A stretch of 64,000 bases of DNA, from positions 742-64,741 of IMG/VR virus record IMGVR_UViG_3300012211_000004; one strand, written 5' to 3'. The stretch comes from a virus (taxonomy: Duplodnaviria; Caudoviricetes). The position numbers and the translations under genes are program-made. Numbering within the stretch: the stretch's first letter is position 1; each line of letters starts with the position of its first letter. A model generated the notes under the pieces. The model did not search any database. It was not told the DNA's origin and was given only the letters and a program-made list of their open reading frames with translations. Of the stretch, positions 8,538-19,029 are shown one piece after another.

Positions 8538-10046
8538 TCAACATGGCCAAAGTGTATCAGATGGATATAAAGTGTTGCTTGGTATGGGACAGGCATTAAC
8601 GGTGATATTCAGATTAGCTGAAGGAGCGAACGTTGCTGCAAGTTGCGTAAGAATATTCACATCTTGGTTTGATCCAACATTAATGCTATTTGCAGGTGGT
8701 GGTGTTTTGAGCAGTTTCGAGAAGAAGTCCACCCACGTCACATCATAGGCACCCAACACTGCTGTTATCGTGTAGTAGATGTTTATACCGTCGCGTTGAT
8801 CGCTAGCTATCACACTCTCGATAAGCAACTGCTGATTATTGAGACCGTGCCATGGAAGATTGACAGGGATGAGCTGACCAGGTGCGAATCCTGCTACCCG
8901 TGTATCGAATGTGAGCACACACCCCTGTTGTCCATAGAGCGTGAGAGCAGACGAAGCCTCTGCAAGTGCGCTATTCATATCATTGAGAGATGGGTCAGTG
9001 ATCAAGTCCTCAATGATGCCACTCGTCCCGTCTATACCAGCCTGATAAGCCACTTGAGCCGCGTTCTGACTAATAATGGTGTTCGGGTATTGACCGATGT
9101 AAGTTACTGCAAGGACATCGGTACCAGTGAGCTTAGTAGCACTGCTATCCTGAGTGATGACTTTTGAGCCTTTATTCCAGTAGAAGTCTTTTCCAGTATC
9201 AACTCCTCCTATGCCTACCGTCTTGCCTGTGCCATTGACTGTGATAGTTGGAACCGTCGCAAGATCAAAGAGCATCGTCCAGGTTGTAGAACTGCCATCC
9301 CCTTTACGCGTTTCAGGTTGCGAGAGCGTCTGAGCTACACCCCCGTTTACTATTTGCTGTGTTCTATAAGACGGGTTAGCCCATTTTACACTAATAGTAT
9401 CTTGCAGCGTACCATCTATCAGTGTGTTATTTACAACTGTAGTATAGGGAACAAACCAGAATTGTTTATTTTGATCTATCATCCAATAATACGGGACACC
9501 AGAGTCAGAAGCCGCTTTTGCAAGTGCGTCTAACGCTTCTGAGACTTTGCAATAGCCAAAGATAGCCTGGGGGATCAAGCCAACATTCCCGCCCGGGTAG
9601 AGGGTATCAGAAGGATAGAGGGTATCAGAGGGGGTTAATCCGTCATAGATCTGTCCTCTTGTGACACCTTCCTGGCTCAAAATGTTGTTGAGAATGTCCT
9701 GAGCGATAAATCCGCAGGTCTTATTGGTGTAAGTGGCTGCTATACGCCTCTTGGAAGCAAGCCAAGACTGATCTGAACAACTGATAGCATTCCTGATGTA
9801 GCCATGAAATCCGAGCGGGTCATTATAGCCGTTGGGCGTCTCCGTTGGATCATTCATGTATCCAGAGAAGGATAGGACGTTATTCTGGTCATAGACACTG
9901 ACTTGAGTTAGTGGTGTGAAATGTACATCACTTCCCGTTTCGAGTGTAAAATTGGCTTGCCCGTGTTTGCCTATTGAGGATTGGGCATTCAATGAGCCTT
10001 GTACTACGAGCTGATCTACTCCATTCACATTGACTCTATAGCTCAT
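8538..10046 (-). CDS. Baseplate hub / distal tail protein
   Basis: Follows the tape measure; hub-like YYWMIDQNKQFWF segment; PSDTLYP repeats. Confidence 0.75.
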   Translation of the reverse strand: MSYRVNVNGVDQLVVQGSLNAQSSIGKHGQANFTLETGSDVHFTPLTQVSVYDQNNVLSFSGYMNDPTETPNGYNDPLGFHGYIRNAISCSDQSWLASKRRIAATYTNKTCGFIAQDILNNILSQEGVTRGQIYDGLTPSDTLYPSDTLYPGGNVGLIPQAIFGYCKVSEALDALAKAASDSGVPYYWMIDQNKQFWFVPYTTVVNNTLIDGTLQDTISVKWANPSYRTQQIVNGGVAQTLSQPETRKGDGSSTTWTMLFDLATVPTITVNGTGKTVGIGGVDTGKDFYWNKGSKVITQDSSATKLTGTDVLAVTYIGQYPNTIISQNAAQVAYQAGIDGTSGIIEDLITDPSLNDMNSALAEASSALTLYGQQGCVLTFDTRVAGFAPGQLIPVNLPWHGLNNQQLLIESVIASDQRDGINIYYTITAVLGAYDVTWVDFFSKLLKTPPPANSINVGSNQDVNILTQLAATFAPSANLNITVNACPIPSNTLYPSDTLWPC

Positions 10047-13000
10047 ATCGTCGCCCCCGTAGCGTACCTTATCAAATCCACCTGATGGGGCATGAGCCCA
10101 CGTGCTAGCGTACGCCCGTCAACCTGGAAGTGAGGCGGGGCATTGTGGACATGGACATGGATAGTAGGAGAGCTTTGCTGTGCAGCGAGGTTAACACCGC
10201 CCGGGACATAAGGTGTTATGAGTTCGGGTCCTCTCTCACCAAAAGCGTAGTTAGTGCCCGTTCTTAGTCCTCTGCCTAAAATAGGTTCCGAGATTGTGCC
10301 GCCTTCAGAGTACCCAACATAGGGCCCGCCTGAAGCAAGCGAAAGTATACCGGGTACATGAAAAACATCACCATATCTTCCTTGAATGTAACGGATAGCA
10401 GAAATTGCTGAATCAATTCCGTTGAGGATATTGGTATGTCCGGGTAGCATATGCGCAGCAAATGTAGACGGTATCATTTGGAAGAGGCCTTGGCTAGGAT
10501 GACCCGCTTGAGCGTTACTATCCGTAAGATTTACAGCCGCCGGGTTGCCACCCGATTCCCTTACTGCTATCACTCCAAGCGGATTAGCCCAACTCGCGGG
10601 AACACCTGTAATCCCCATCGCAGTCGCTATCCAACTCGCTACATTCCCCGGAATATTCGCGGCCTGTCCCCCAAGGCTAAATTTAGGAAGCAGGTTTTCA
10701 ACCCAAGATAAAGCCCAGTCCTTCACTTTGTTAAACATCCCAGTTGCTAAATTTTCCATTCCGGGTAAGTTGGGGGCCGTGATATGAAGGCTGTTCATAA
10801 CCCCGTCGAGAATACTTTTCGCTCCACCGGATATCCATCCTAGGATTTGACTGCCAAGGTCTCCGATTCCACCAGCATAGCCCGGTATCTTGCCGCCTGT
10901 CATGCTCAGGAACAGCTCGGTGATATCATGCGGTGCTACTTTGGATCCTTTTGGCATCCAAGCCAGCTCAGGACCACGCTCACCCATGACCGCAAAACCA
11001 CCTGGATGGTCGTCGGTGCCTTCAGCATAGTGAGCGATCCTGCCAAGATGAGCTACTGGTATGGTGCCTTTCGTGCCCAGGCTGGTAGCGATATCATCAA
11101 GTCCTTTTCCGAAGAAGTTGATGAAGTTCTCAATACCCGATATGCCGTTATTCAATTGATCTATAATTGCGTTAATCAGTCCTTTAAATATATTTGATGC
11201 ATCTGTTTTTATTTCATTCCACTTATCGCTTGTCTTCTTTTTAACATCATCCCACGTATCAGAGAACCATTTACCGATAGGAGCCCATATTTGTGTAACC
11301 TTATTCCAGGCACCTTGGAATAGGTCATGAAACCAGTTACCTACCCCACCTAGGATATTTTGTACGTCATGCCACTTATCACCGAACCACTTGCCTATTG
11401 GTGTCCATATTTCAACTGTCTTATCCCACGCCTCTTTCCAACGATCATGAAACCATTGTCCTATGCCACCGAATATGTTCTGCACATCTTTCCATCTATC
11501 ACCAAACCACTTGCCTAGAGTCGCAAATAGCCAAGTAGTCCCGTTCCAAGCTTCCATCCACCGATCGTGAAACCATTGGCCTACACCCTGGAACCACTTT
11601 GAAACATCTTTCCATCTATCACCGAACCACTGCCCTATAGGCATCCATATCTCAACTACCTTGTTATATGCCTCTGTGAACCTATCATGGAACCATGTAC
11701 TTACTTTCCCCCAAACTGCTACAAGAATATTCCATATCGTCTGAAACACGTCGCCCATATAGTCCCGGAACGGCTTTGTGCTGTTCATGACCTCAGTCCA
11801 ACGGTCAGAGAACCAATGACCTATACCGCCAAAGAAAGCGATTACACCATTCCAGGCCTCTTGCCACTTGTCATGGAACCACTGTCCGATGCTGCCAAAT
11901 ATGGCTTGCGTATCGTGCCATCGGTCCTCAAACCACTTGCCAATACCACCGAAGAAGTGCGTAACGCCGCCCCAGGCTTCTGACCATCGATCATGAAACC
12001 AAGCTCCTATGCCACCCCAGATATTTTGTACACCTACCCACACACCATGAAACCAGTTACCTATGCCACCCCATATGTTCTTGATATCCTGTATAATATC
12101 TCCATGCTTCTGCTTTGAGCTCGCTTTGAGCTTATCCATCTCGCTTTCTGCTGATGTACGAGCTTTTTCATGAACACCTTTTGTGTTCATTGCGTGTTTT
12201 TCATCGGCCGTTACCTGTTGAAGTTGTATTTCGAGAGGATGGCGAGCTGCTTCGTCTTTTGTCTGGCTTAGTTTCTGTATTATGCCTATACGCATATCAT
12301 CAAGCTTTTGTATGGTTTGATTATCCATATCTATCACGCCGCCCAGATACATGTCTTTCATATTGAGCGAATGATACTTGGCCTTGTCCGCAGTGCTCAT
12401 AAGAGAGGTATCAACACCACTTTTTAGCAAGTCTATCTGTTCTTGCGACTTGTAGCGCATATCAACAAATTTCTGACCAGTCTCTTGAGACATTGTTAAT
12501 GCATTATTTACAGCGGCCAATCTCATTTCTAGTGTATGTCTTTGTGTTGCATCCGTTGTCTGTTTTAGTTGATTTTCAATTTCATTTCGCATCTCAATAA
12601 AATGAGTTTGCATGCCTTCATTCGTTTTTTGTGCATTTTCAATTGATTTATCTTTCATTTCAGCGGTATGTATTTGAGCAGCAATAGCCGCTGTTTTTGT
12701 CTTATCATTTACTCCATATACAATATCATTCAAATATCCTATAATGCTCGTAGCTGCACCTTTAAAGCCACCTGTTATCCCCCCAACTATCCCGTCTACT
12801 ATTCCCTTGAGCACGTTTCCGAACCCGCTGAATATCTGGCCTATTCCACCTAAGATAACCTTTAGATCGCCTCCAAGCTTATCAAAATGTCCAGTAAACA
12901 AATCTACGATAAAGGCGACAAATCCTGTAAATATCTGAATGTAGCCTGAAACTATCTGAACGATGCCACCAAAGATCTCAGCGATTCCGTGTGCCATACC

Positions 13001-15187
13001 AGCTATTGAGCCGATTATGCCGCCGAGTGACTCTACCAGCAGGCCGATAGACACAAGCAGTACGCCGCCTATGATCTCCCCTACAATCGTCAGCTCAGGT
13101 TGAAGTTGCTTGAAGGATGCCCACAACTCTTGTAGAGCAGGTTGAAGCTGAGACTTCCATACATCTTGCAGTTGTTCCCAGACAGGGGTAAAGACACCAG
13201 CGATGAAAGAGCCTATTTGCTGTAAGACGAGGCCTGTACTGGTGAGAAAGTTCCTAAAATCAGCACTGGTATTGTAGAAGTGGAGGAAGACAGCAGTGAG
13301 CCCACCTACAGCCACGCCTATTGCCAAGAAGGGCCATGTAGCAGCGATCACACCAGCAGCTAATCCCCACACAGCAGGCACAAGAACGGTCGCTATCACA
13401 GCTCCGATTCCGGCAAAGATGGGAATAGCTGCCTGCCCATGACCTACGAAGTTCTGGAACCAGGCACCAACAGTCTGGAGAGGCTCAAAAAAGTGCTGCA
13501 GCGCGGGTATGCCCTGGGCAATGAACCAATCACTGAAGCTACTGAGGGCTGGCAGCGCACGCTCTGTGAAGAGTCCGATCAACTGCCCAACGGGTGGCGC
13601 TAGCGCGGTTGCTATCTTGATGCCGAAAGCCCCAACAGCGTCTTTTGCCTGATCCATTCGGAAGTTGAAATTCTTTTGAACGTCGCTCCATCCTGCAATA
13701 GAGTTCCCGCCCTTTTTCACAGCATCGTTGATAGCATTCACGTTTGATCTAAACGTGTCCATTTGTGTGCCCGATGTTTCCATAATTGCAGCCATCGAGC
13801 GACTTCCACCGGATATAGCTTTGAGTGCTTCGTTGTATGCTGTTGACCCTTCTGGAAACTTTGCCTTCATTGCCTTTACAATCATATCGATTGCGTCAGG
13901 AAGCGACTTGCGCATCTCATCGGTTACTTGTTGAGTTGTGAGTCCAACAGAATGAAGAGCATCTGCACCAGCCTTGGAAGGCGCTTCAATCGTTTTGATC
14001 ATCATAGCAAGGTGTGTGGCAGATTGCGCAGCATCGTCACCTTGCATAGTCATGGTATCTAATCCACCCACAATATCGGTAAGTGAGATTCCAAATGTTT
14101 TAGCAGTAGGAAGCACGTTAGATATAGCAGTTGATAAATTCTGCATGGTCATCTCACCATGACCAACACCAGCAATTAAGGTATTCATGGCACCAGCAGC
14201 AGTAAGACCTGTATCTTTAAAATTATTGAGGGTGAACATGAGGGCTTTGGTTACGTCGGTTAAGTTTGCATTTTCAGCCTTAGCGCCCATAGCCGCTATC
14301 TTCAGATCCGTCAAAGCTGCCGAACCATGGGCGCTCCCGGATTCCACCCAGTAAGCCGCGTCTCCTAGATCTTTGACAGCGGTCGCAGTAGGGCCTGCCA
14401 TGTTGAGAATGCCGTCACCGACCATCTTGAGGTTGCCTTGGCTCTCGCCTGCCGTGGTGACGAGCTTGGTCATCTGCTGTTGAAAGTCACCGATCATCTT
14501 GCCAGCGGCATCACCCACACCAACGAACGCACGAGTAAGCTGCTCGACTCCGAAGACGGCAAAGCCAAACTTCTGACCAAGCTCCATTAATTTGCCGGGC
14601 GCTTCTGCAAGGCTTGAGAAGAAGCCGCTCACATGCTCTCTTGCGCCACTCATGACAGTAGAGAAGATACTAGATTTTGCCCCAGACGCTCCCATGGCAT
14701 CTGCTAGTCGTGTTGCCTCGCCCTGAACCATGCTCATCGCATCACCAGCGGCTAGCTCTGCTTTCTTCACATTCTCAGCGGCTAGTGTGGCCTTAGACTG
14801 AGCAAGTGCGACTTTTTCAGCAGAAGAGGAGGCATCTGCTGAGACGAGGTTGGCCTTTTCCATAGCAGCAGCTGCTTGGGCCTGGGCTACTCCTAAACGA
14901 GCAGAGGACTCAGCAGCTTGCATTTGGAGAGAAGCAAATTTGGAGACATCAAGACCTGCAGCGTCGGCGCGTTGGGCTAGATCTTGCAATCCGCTTTGAG
15001 CATTCTTCAGCTCAGCAGACATTCTTGAGGAGAGAATCGAGCTGACATCTTTCGCTGCATTTTGGAGTTGAGTAAGGTCGGATTGTGCCGTCTGTGATGC
15101 GGTGCCCACGCTGAGGAGGTCAGCTTTACCCTGGGCTGCGCCCTGAATTGAGATCACGCCTGTTAGCTGAGATGCAACAATTCCCAC
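10043..15187 (-). CDS. Tape measure protein with C-terminal lytic transglycosylase (SLT) domain
   Basis: 1714 aa, TP901-like core, TM region, W/F 11-mer repeats, RESGGNP..SQGLFQMIPSTF..AIRYIQGRYG. Confidence 0.95.
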   Translation of the reverse strand: MGIVASQLTGVISIQGAAQGKADLLSVGTASQTAQSDLTQLQNAAKDVSSILSSRMSAELKNAQSGLQDLAQRADAAGLDVSKFASLQMQAAESSARLGVAQAQAAAAMEKANLVSADASSSAEKVALAQSKATLAAENVKKAELAAGDAMSMVQGEATRLADAMGASGAKSSIFSTVMSGAREHVSGFFSSLAEAPGKLMELGQKFGFAVFGVEQLTRAFVGVGDAAGKMIGDFQQQMTKLVTTAGESQGNLKMVGDGILNMAGPTATAVKDLGDAAYWVESGSAHGSAALTDLKIAAMGAKAENANLTDVTKALMFTLNNFKDTGLTAAGAMNTLIAGVGHGEMTMQNLSTAISNVLPTAKTFGISLTDIVGGLDTMTMQGDDAAQSATHLAMMIKTIEAPSKAGADALHSVGLTTQQVTDEMRKSLPDAIDMIVKAMKAKFPEGSTAYNEALKAISGGSRSMAAIMETSGTQMDTFRSNVNAINDAVKKGGNSIAGWSDVQKNFNFRMDQAKDAVGAFGIKIATALAPPVGQLIGLFTERALPALSSFSDWFIAQGIPALQHFFEPLQTVGAWFQNFVGHGQAAIPIFAGIGAVIATVLVPAVWGLAAGVIAATWPFLAIGVAVGGLTAVFLHFYNTSADFRNFLTSTGLVLQQIGSFIAGVFTPVWEQLQDVWKSQLQPALQELWASFKQLQPELTIVGEIIGGVLLVSIGLLVESLGGIIGSIAGMAHGIAEIFGGIVQIVSGYIQIFTGFVAFIVDLFTGHFDKLGGDLKVILGGIGQIFSGFGNVLKGIVDGIVGGITGGFKGAATSIIGYLNDIVYGVNDKTKTAAIAAQIHTAEMKDKSIENAQKTNEGMQTHFIEMRNEIENQLKQTTDATQRHTLEMRLAAVNNALTMSQETGQKFVDMRYKSQEQIDLLKSGVDTSLMSTADKAKYHSLNMKDMYLGGVIDMDNQTIQKLDDMRIGIIQKLSQTKDEAARHPLEIQLQQVTADEKHAMNTKGVHEKARTSAESEMDKLKASSKQKHGDIIQDIKNIWGGIGNWFHGVWVGVQNIWGGIGAWFHDRWSEAWGGVTHFFGGIGKWFEDRWHDTQAIFGSIGQWFHDKWQEAWNGVIAFFGGIGHWFSDRWTEVMNSTKPFRDYMGDVFQTIWNILVAVWGKVSTWFHDRFTEAYNKVVEIWMPIGQWFGDRWKDVSKWFQGVGQWFHDRWMEAWNGTTWLFATLGKWFGDRWKDVQNIFGGIGQWFHDRWKEAWDKTVEIWTPIGKWFGDKWHDVQNILGGVGNWFHDLFQGAWNKVTQIWAPIGKWFSDTWDDVKKKTSDKWNEIKTDASNIFKGLINAIIDQLNNGISGIENFINFFGKGLDDIATSLGTKGTIPVAHLGRIAHYAEGTDDHPGGFAVMGERGPELAWMPKGSKVAPHDITELFLSMTGGKIPGYAGGIGDLGSQILGWISGGAKSILDGVMNSLHITAPNLPGMENLATGMFNKVKDWALSWVENLLPKFSLGGQAANIPGNVASWIATAMGITGVPASWANPLGVIAVRESGGNPAAVNLTDSNAQAGHPSQGLFQMIPSTFAAHMLPGHTNILNGIDSAISAIRYIQGRYGDVFHVPGILSLASGGPYVGYSEGGTISEPILGRGLRTGTNYAFGERGPELITPYVPGGVNLAAQQSSPTIHVHVHNAPPHFQVDGRTLARGLMPHQVDLIRYATGATI

Positions 15188-15201
15188 AAACTACCCTCCT
15201 C

Positions 15202-15432
15202 TCATTGATGCTTTGCTTTCTCTTCTCTAGCGTAGTTCTCAGCACTAAGCACTATAAGCGCTTTATCCTTCCAATACACTGAAACGTCTTTTAATTCCCA
15301 TGGCTTGCAGTTGCACGCTCTTGCTATCACAAAGTCTGGATAGAAGTCAGGACAGTAGCCGACGAGTCCATCCGTTGCGAGATAGCGCCCCAGTCCGATC
15401 AAGTCGGGATCTGAGGCGTTACCCCTTCCGGG
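15202..15432 (-). CDS. Tail assembly chaperone, -1 frameshift extension (gpGT-like)
   Basis: The -1 frame overlaps the end of the upstream chaperone, has no good start of its own, and directly precedes the tape measure. Confidence 0.7.
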   Translation of the reverse strand, partial: PGRGNASDPDLIGLGRYLATDGLVGYCPDFYPDFVIARACNCKPWELKDVSVYWKDKALIVLSAENYAREEKAKHQ

Positions 15433-15770
15433 CGCATGTGCCTCATGATGGCATAGAGACATTTCATCTTGAGCGGGAACTCAAGTTGAGCAAGCCGATC
15501 CGGTTCTAGAGGCCACATGACCGTCTGGGCGTCATCCTCAAAGTAATCCCATGATTTCATAACATAAATCATAAGTTCGCTAGCTTTGCTTATGCATCTT
15601 TTCGCATCTTCAACGGTCTTAGCGCTAGCAATACTCTCAAGTTCCGAAAAACCTATTAAGAACTCGTCGGTTATCCTAGATGGATAGTAAACAAGTTTAA
15701 GCTGTCCGCCATACGCTTCTGTAGTAGCAGTAGCTTCGTCCTTTTGTGCCTGTGAATGTGATACTGGCAT
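15399..15770 (-). CDS. Tail assembly chaperone (gpG-like)
   Basis: Position between the major tail and tape measure genes. Confidence 0.8.
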   Translation of the reverse strand: MPVSHSQAQKDEATATTEAYGGQLKLVYYPSRITDEFLIGFSELESIASAKTVEDAKRCISKASELMIYVMKSWDYFEDDAQTVMWPLEPDRLAQLEFPLKMKCLYAIMRHMRPEGVTPQIPT

Positions 15771-15777
15771 AGAACTC

Positions 15778-17052
15778 CTAAAGTGCCGTTAATTTATTGG
15801 TTACGGTTATTTTGTGAGCATTTGCCCATGTTGCATCTTCAAAGACTTCACATGAGTATCCGATCGCATAGACCCCGTTTAAATCTTCCCATGGGTCTGG
15901 ATCGCCAATCTTGATACACAGGTCATGCCAAAAAGTGTGGTAAACCTGTGTTGAGGTGATAAGGAAGGTTCCACCTGTGAGGCTGGCACCTGATCCTGTG
16001 AGAGCTGTAGTGTCCAATGCCAGCGTTCCAGTAAACGTGACGGTGTAAGGTCCGCCTGCGCTTCCAGAGACGGTTGCGTTGCCAGTCCCAACAGTAGAGA
16101 GACCAGTAAGAGCAGTTTGAACTACGGTGTTTGTGGCGTTATAAGCAATGCCAGAGGTTGTCTGTCCTTTGTAGGTCAAGGTGAATGTGCCAGCAGAAGG
16201 GGAGCCGAGTGCAACTGTCCAGGTATTGTCAATCACATCTCCAACCGCCTCTATGCGCATGAAGCGGCTAGCACCGGATCGTAGCAAGTCAACCAAACTC
16301 ATGCCAGTTGCATCAGCAGCGAGCTTGAACTTGACCATGGCAGTTGGGTTCGTGTCAACATGAGCAGAAAAGGAGGGATTGGCACGGTTGACGTACCAAG
16401 CAGGATTGTAGATATTGTCCATTGAAAACTCAGCTTCAAGAACTTTGAGAAGCTGAGTTGTTCCAAGTCCTGCAGCGGTCGTGTCGAGATAGAGGTTAAA
16501 CTCCTGGCCCGTCATTGGCACCAGGGGGACCGCTGTAGGGCTACCAGTCATCGTGATGCCATCGGTCGTCTTCTGCGCGATCCATCCACCAGTGACTGAG
16601 GCGTCCGTCTTGCGATTGAACTTGTATCCAAACTTATTGAAGAGCATGTAAGGATACTTGTGCGCACGGGTGACAGCTTCGCCTTTTTCAAGCGTGTATG
16701 TCTGGGGCTGAATTGAACCGCTAAGCGAAGCTGGAAGTATCCAATCTTTAGCGACGGCACTAGACCCGTGTGCTACTGGTGAAATCTTGCCCAGAGCGCT
16801 ACAGGCAGGGTACAGAATACCATTGAAGTCCATAGATCCATCTAGTGACCCCTCAGTCCACTCTGCATTCAACTGTTGCACAGATGGATATTTGCGCCCT
16901 GTACCCGATGTGCTTTTACGTTCAGGCTTAATTCCATCCTTGATAACGAAACAGTCAACTCTTTTGTTACTGGCAACCGCTGTACCCGGATCTACCTCAG
17001 CTCCCCATTGTGCAGTCTGGTTCGCTGAACTCACTTCCGCCGTCCATGTCAT
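15778..17052 (-). CDS. Major tail (tube) protein with an inserted beta-rich accessory domain
   Basis: Position, size, and inserted GTFTLTYKGQTTSGIAYNA..GGPYTVTF segment. Confidence 0.85.
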   Translation of the reverse strand: MTWTAEVSSANQTAQWGAEVDPGTAVASNKRVDCFVIKDGIKPERKSTSGTGRKYPSVQQLNAEWTEGSLDGSMDFNGILYPACSALGKISPVAHGSSAVAKDWILPASLSGSIQPQTYTLEKGEAVTRAHKYPYMLFNKFGYKFNRKTDASVTGGWIAQKTTDGITMTGSPTAVPLVPMTGQEFNLYLDTTAAGLGTTQLLKVLEAEFSMDNIYNPAWYVNRANPSFSAHVDTNPTAMVKFKLAADATGMSLVDLLRSGASRFMRIEAVGDVIDNTWTVALGSPSAGTFTLTYKGQTTSGIAYNATNTVVQTALTGLSTVGTGNATVSGSAGGPYTVTFTGTLALDTTALTGSGASLTGGTFLITSTQVYHTFWHDLCIKIGDPDPWEDLNGVYAIGYSCEVFEDATWANAHKITVTNKLTAL

Positions 17053-17069
17053 GACCTAATCCCTCCTGT

Positions 17070-17099
17070 CTAGCTATTTCTCTGCTGTACTCTAATTCT
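17070..17099 (-). pseudogene. Stranded 3' end of the tail-terminator gene (RIRVQQRNS*)
   Basis: Matches the C-terminus RVRVQQKP* of 17997..18446 at protein level; sits directly before the major tail RBS. Confidence 0.7.
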
Positions 17100-17258
17100 G
17101 TTTCCATAAATTGAGTGCAATAAGCATAGTGAAAATGCCATAAAGCTAGACAGGAAGCACATAGATGAGGTATAATAGAGGCCTAATGAATCGAGGCCAC
17201 AGGCGTTATCAGCACCTATGACCTCTAGGCTACTACATCTGTTAGGAGATGATTCGCC

Positions 17259-17966
17259 ATGACCACATTCTACCATCCTGGGCAACCTCTCTCTGATATT
17301 CCGCCAGCATCCGGCATTTATCGCATTACTTGCATCGTCACTAAAAAGATTTACATTGGCAGCGCTGTCAGTTTGCGCAGACGCTGGAAGGAACATCGCG
17401 GCGAACTTCGCCATGACCGCCATGGCAACCCTTACTTGCAATCCGCATGGAATAAGCATGGTGAAGATACTTTCACCTTTGAAGTTCTTGAGTTTGTGCT
17501 TGCTCCCCTTTTGCTTGAGAGAGAACAATACTGGATGGATAAACTTAAGCCCTATGAAAAAGACAAGGGGTTTAATATTGCTCACTCTGCATGGTCCCCT
17601 TTGGGGGTAAAACGCTCGCCTGAAACCCTTGAGAAAAACCGTATTGCGTCGACTGGTCGCACTCATTCTCCAGAAACCATTGAGCTTATGAGAGCATCTC
17701 ACCGCGCCACACATCGCACGCCTAAAGAGATAGAGAGGGTACGCGCTCTGCAAAAACGTGCTGTTAACGCAAGACGTGGGCGTATCATTGCTATTGACCC
17801 TAATGGGACTGAGTATGAGGTTTTCGGTATTAGGCAGTTCTGTATAGACCATAACCTTATTGATTCCCACCTTATTAGCGTTGCTAAGCGTCCTACCACC
17901 CCTAACGGCAAACTACGTCATCATCAAAGATGGACTGCGCGTTATCCTGAAACAGATACTAAATAA
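17259..17966 (+). CDS. Free-standing GIY-YIG homing endonuclease with NUMOD3-like repeats
   Basis: SGIYRI..KIYIGSA..R..H..E..FNI catalytic motifs; KRSPET and THSPET repeats. Confidence 0.93.
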   Translation: MTTFYHPGQPLSDIPPASGIYRITCIVTKKIYIGSAVSLRRRWKEHRGELRHDRHGNPYLQSAWNKHGEDTFTFEVLEFVLAPLLLEREQYWMDKLKPYEKDKGFNIAHSAWSPLGVKRSPETLEKNRIASTGRTHSPETIELMRASHRATHRTPKEIERVRALQKRAVNARRGRIIAIDPNGTEYEVFGIRQFCIDHNLIDSHLISVAKRPTTPNGKLRHHQRWTARYPETDTK

Positions 17967-17996
17967 CGTATAACTTGTCACTATGTACCGCTCCAT

Positions 17997-18446
17997 TTAC
18001 GGCTTTTGTTGTACGCGGACGCGGTACAGTCCGCCGATATGCGTGTATTGAATACCTGCTGTATCATCATCGTAGGCTAAGGGTGATTGGCGATACGCGG
18101 AGAGCACGTAGCCCCCGGGTACTGGAATATGCTTTAGCCCTTTGTCACCTCCAAACGCGTCGTCAATAGCCGCTGCAAGATCGAATACTGCTTGTGAACT
18201 GCCAAACCCCGGATCTGTTGGACCCGTTGCTTTTATCTGATAAAGAGCGTCAATGAATGCTCTAACGGCATTCGCGTATATAACATCATTTCCGCCCTGG
18301 AATGCGGTTATCGTACACGGAAATACCGTCCCTACAGGAGCTTTCCCTCTATGAATGCCACCAAGGCTAAGAGCTACCCACTGGCTGCTAGCTTTGAGCG
18401 TTGTGACGATAAAAGAGAATCCACTGACGACTTCGTTGGTGCTCAC
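17997..18446 (-). CDS. Tail terminator / completion protein (DUF3168-like)
   Basis: GGIHRGKAP..FP motif; position upstream of the major tail gene. Confidence 0.75.
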   Translation of the reverse strand: MSTNEVVSGFSFIVTTLKASSQWVALSLGGIHRGKAPVGTVFPCTITAFQGGNDVIYANAVRAFIDALYQIKATGPTDPGFGSSQAVFDLAAAIDDAFGGDKGLKHIPVPGGYVLSAYRQSPLAYDDDTAGIQYTHIGGLYRVRVQQKP

Positions 18447-18700
18447 TGCGCAGGCTGAGCCTCTTGAAGCGGCGTGAACAGCACGCTAAACTCTGAGTTG
18501 ATAGGCGCATTCAAGAAAACTTGAGCAGCTGCAGGATTCACAATAAGCATCTCAGCACTTGCTTGTGGTGTGGCAGGTCCGAACGGTTCCCCTTGAACAC
18601 CACTGAACCTAACCTTGGTCGCTTCCTTGGTCTCACCTCCTGTGTAGTAGGGAGTACGTGTTACCTCAACTAAATAAAATCTTGCTAAAACTTGTGACAT
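18443..18700 (-). CDS. Hypothetical protein
   Basis: AAGGAG RBS, coupled to the next gene. Confidence 0.7.
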   Translation of the reverse strand: MSQVLARFYLVEVTRTPYYTGGETKEATKVRFSGVQGEPFGPATPQASAEMLIVNPAAAQVFLNAPINSEFSVLFTPLQEAQPAQ

Positions 18701-18720
18701 ATTCTTGCTCCTTATTCTGT

Positions 18721-19023
18721 CTAGGCAGGCTCTACAGGCGCTTCAGTCTGAGCAGGTGGCTCAGGTGGTACTACAGGCATTTTAGGTTCTGTATGCTCAG
18801 TAGTGATTACATGGTTCCATGAATTTTTTTCATGGCTCGTACTGTAAGGCACGTCTGACACTGGTGTGATTTGCCCGTCCACATTCACATCAAGCTCTGC
18901 ATGGTGATTACCGTCATGGTGCGTTATGCGCTTGATAACGGCATCGAATAATCTACCTGCATGATTGATATAGTGAGCTTTGTCGTTTGAAACCGTTTCG
19001 CGATTGTTTACGATGTCTGACAT
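18721..19023 (-). CDS. Hypothetical protein
   Basis: Co-oriented ORF in the head-tail module. Confidence 0.7.
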   Translation of the reverse strand: MSDIVNNRETVSNDKAHYINHAGRLFDAVIKRITHHDGNHHAELDVNVDGQITPVSDVPYSTSHEKNSWNHVITTEHTEPKMPVVPPEPPAQTEAPVEPA

Positions 19024-19029
19024 ACTTTC

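Noticed and set aside
11200-12100. DGR or DNA repeat element in the tape measure gene
   Set aside because: Ordinary 11/22-residue W/F protein periodicity; no reverse transcriptase or adenine-specific TR/VR pair was seen
17070-17870. 266-aa minus-strand ORF
   Set aside because: Antisense to the GIY-YIG gene; only its last 9 codons are informative (gene-end remnant)
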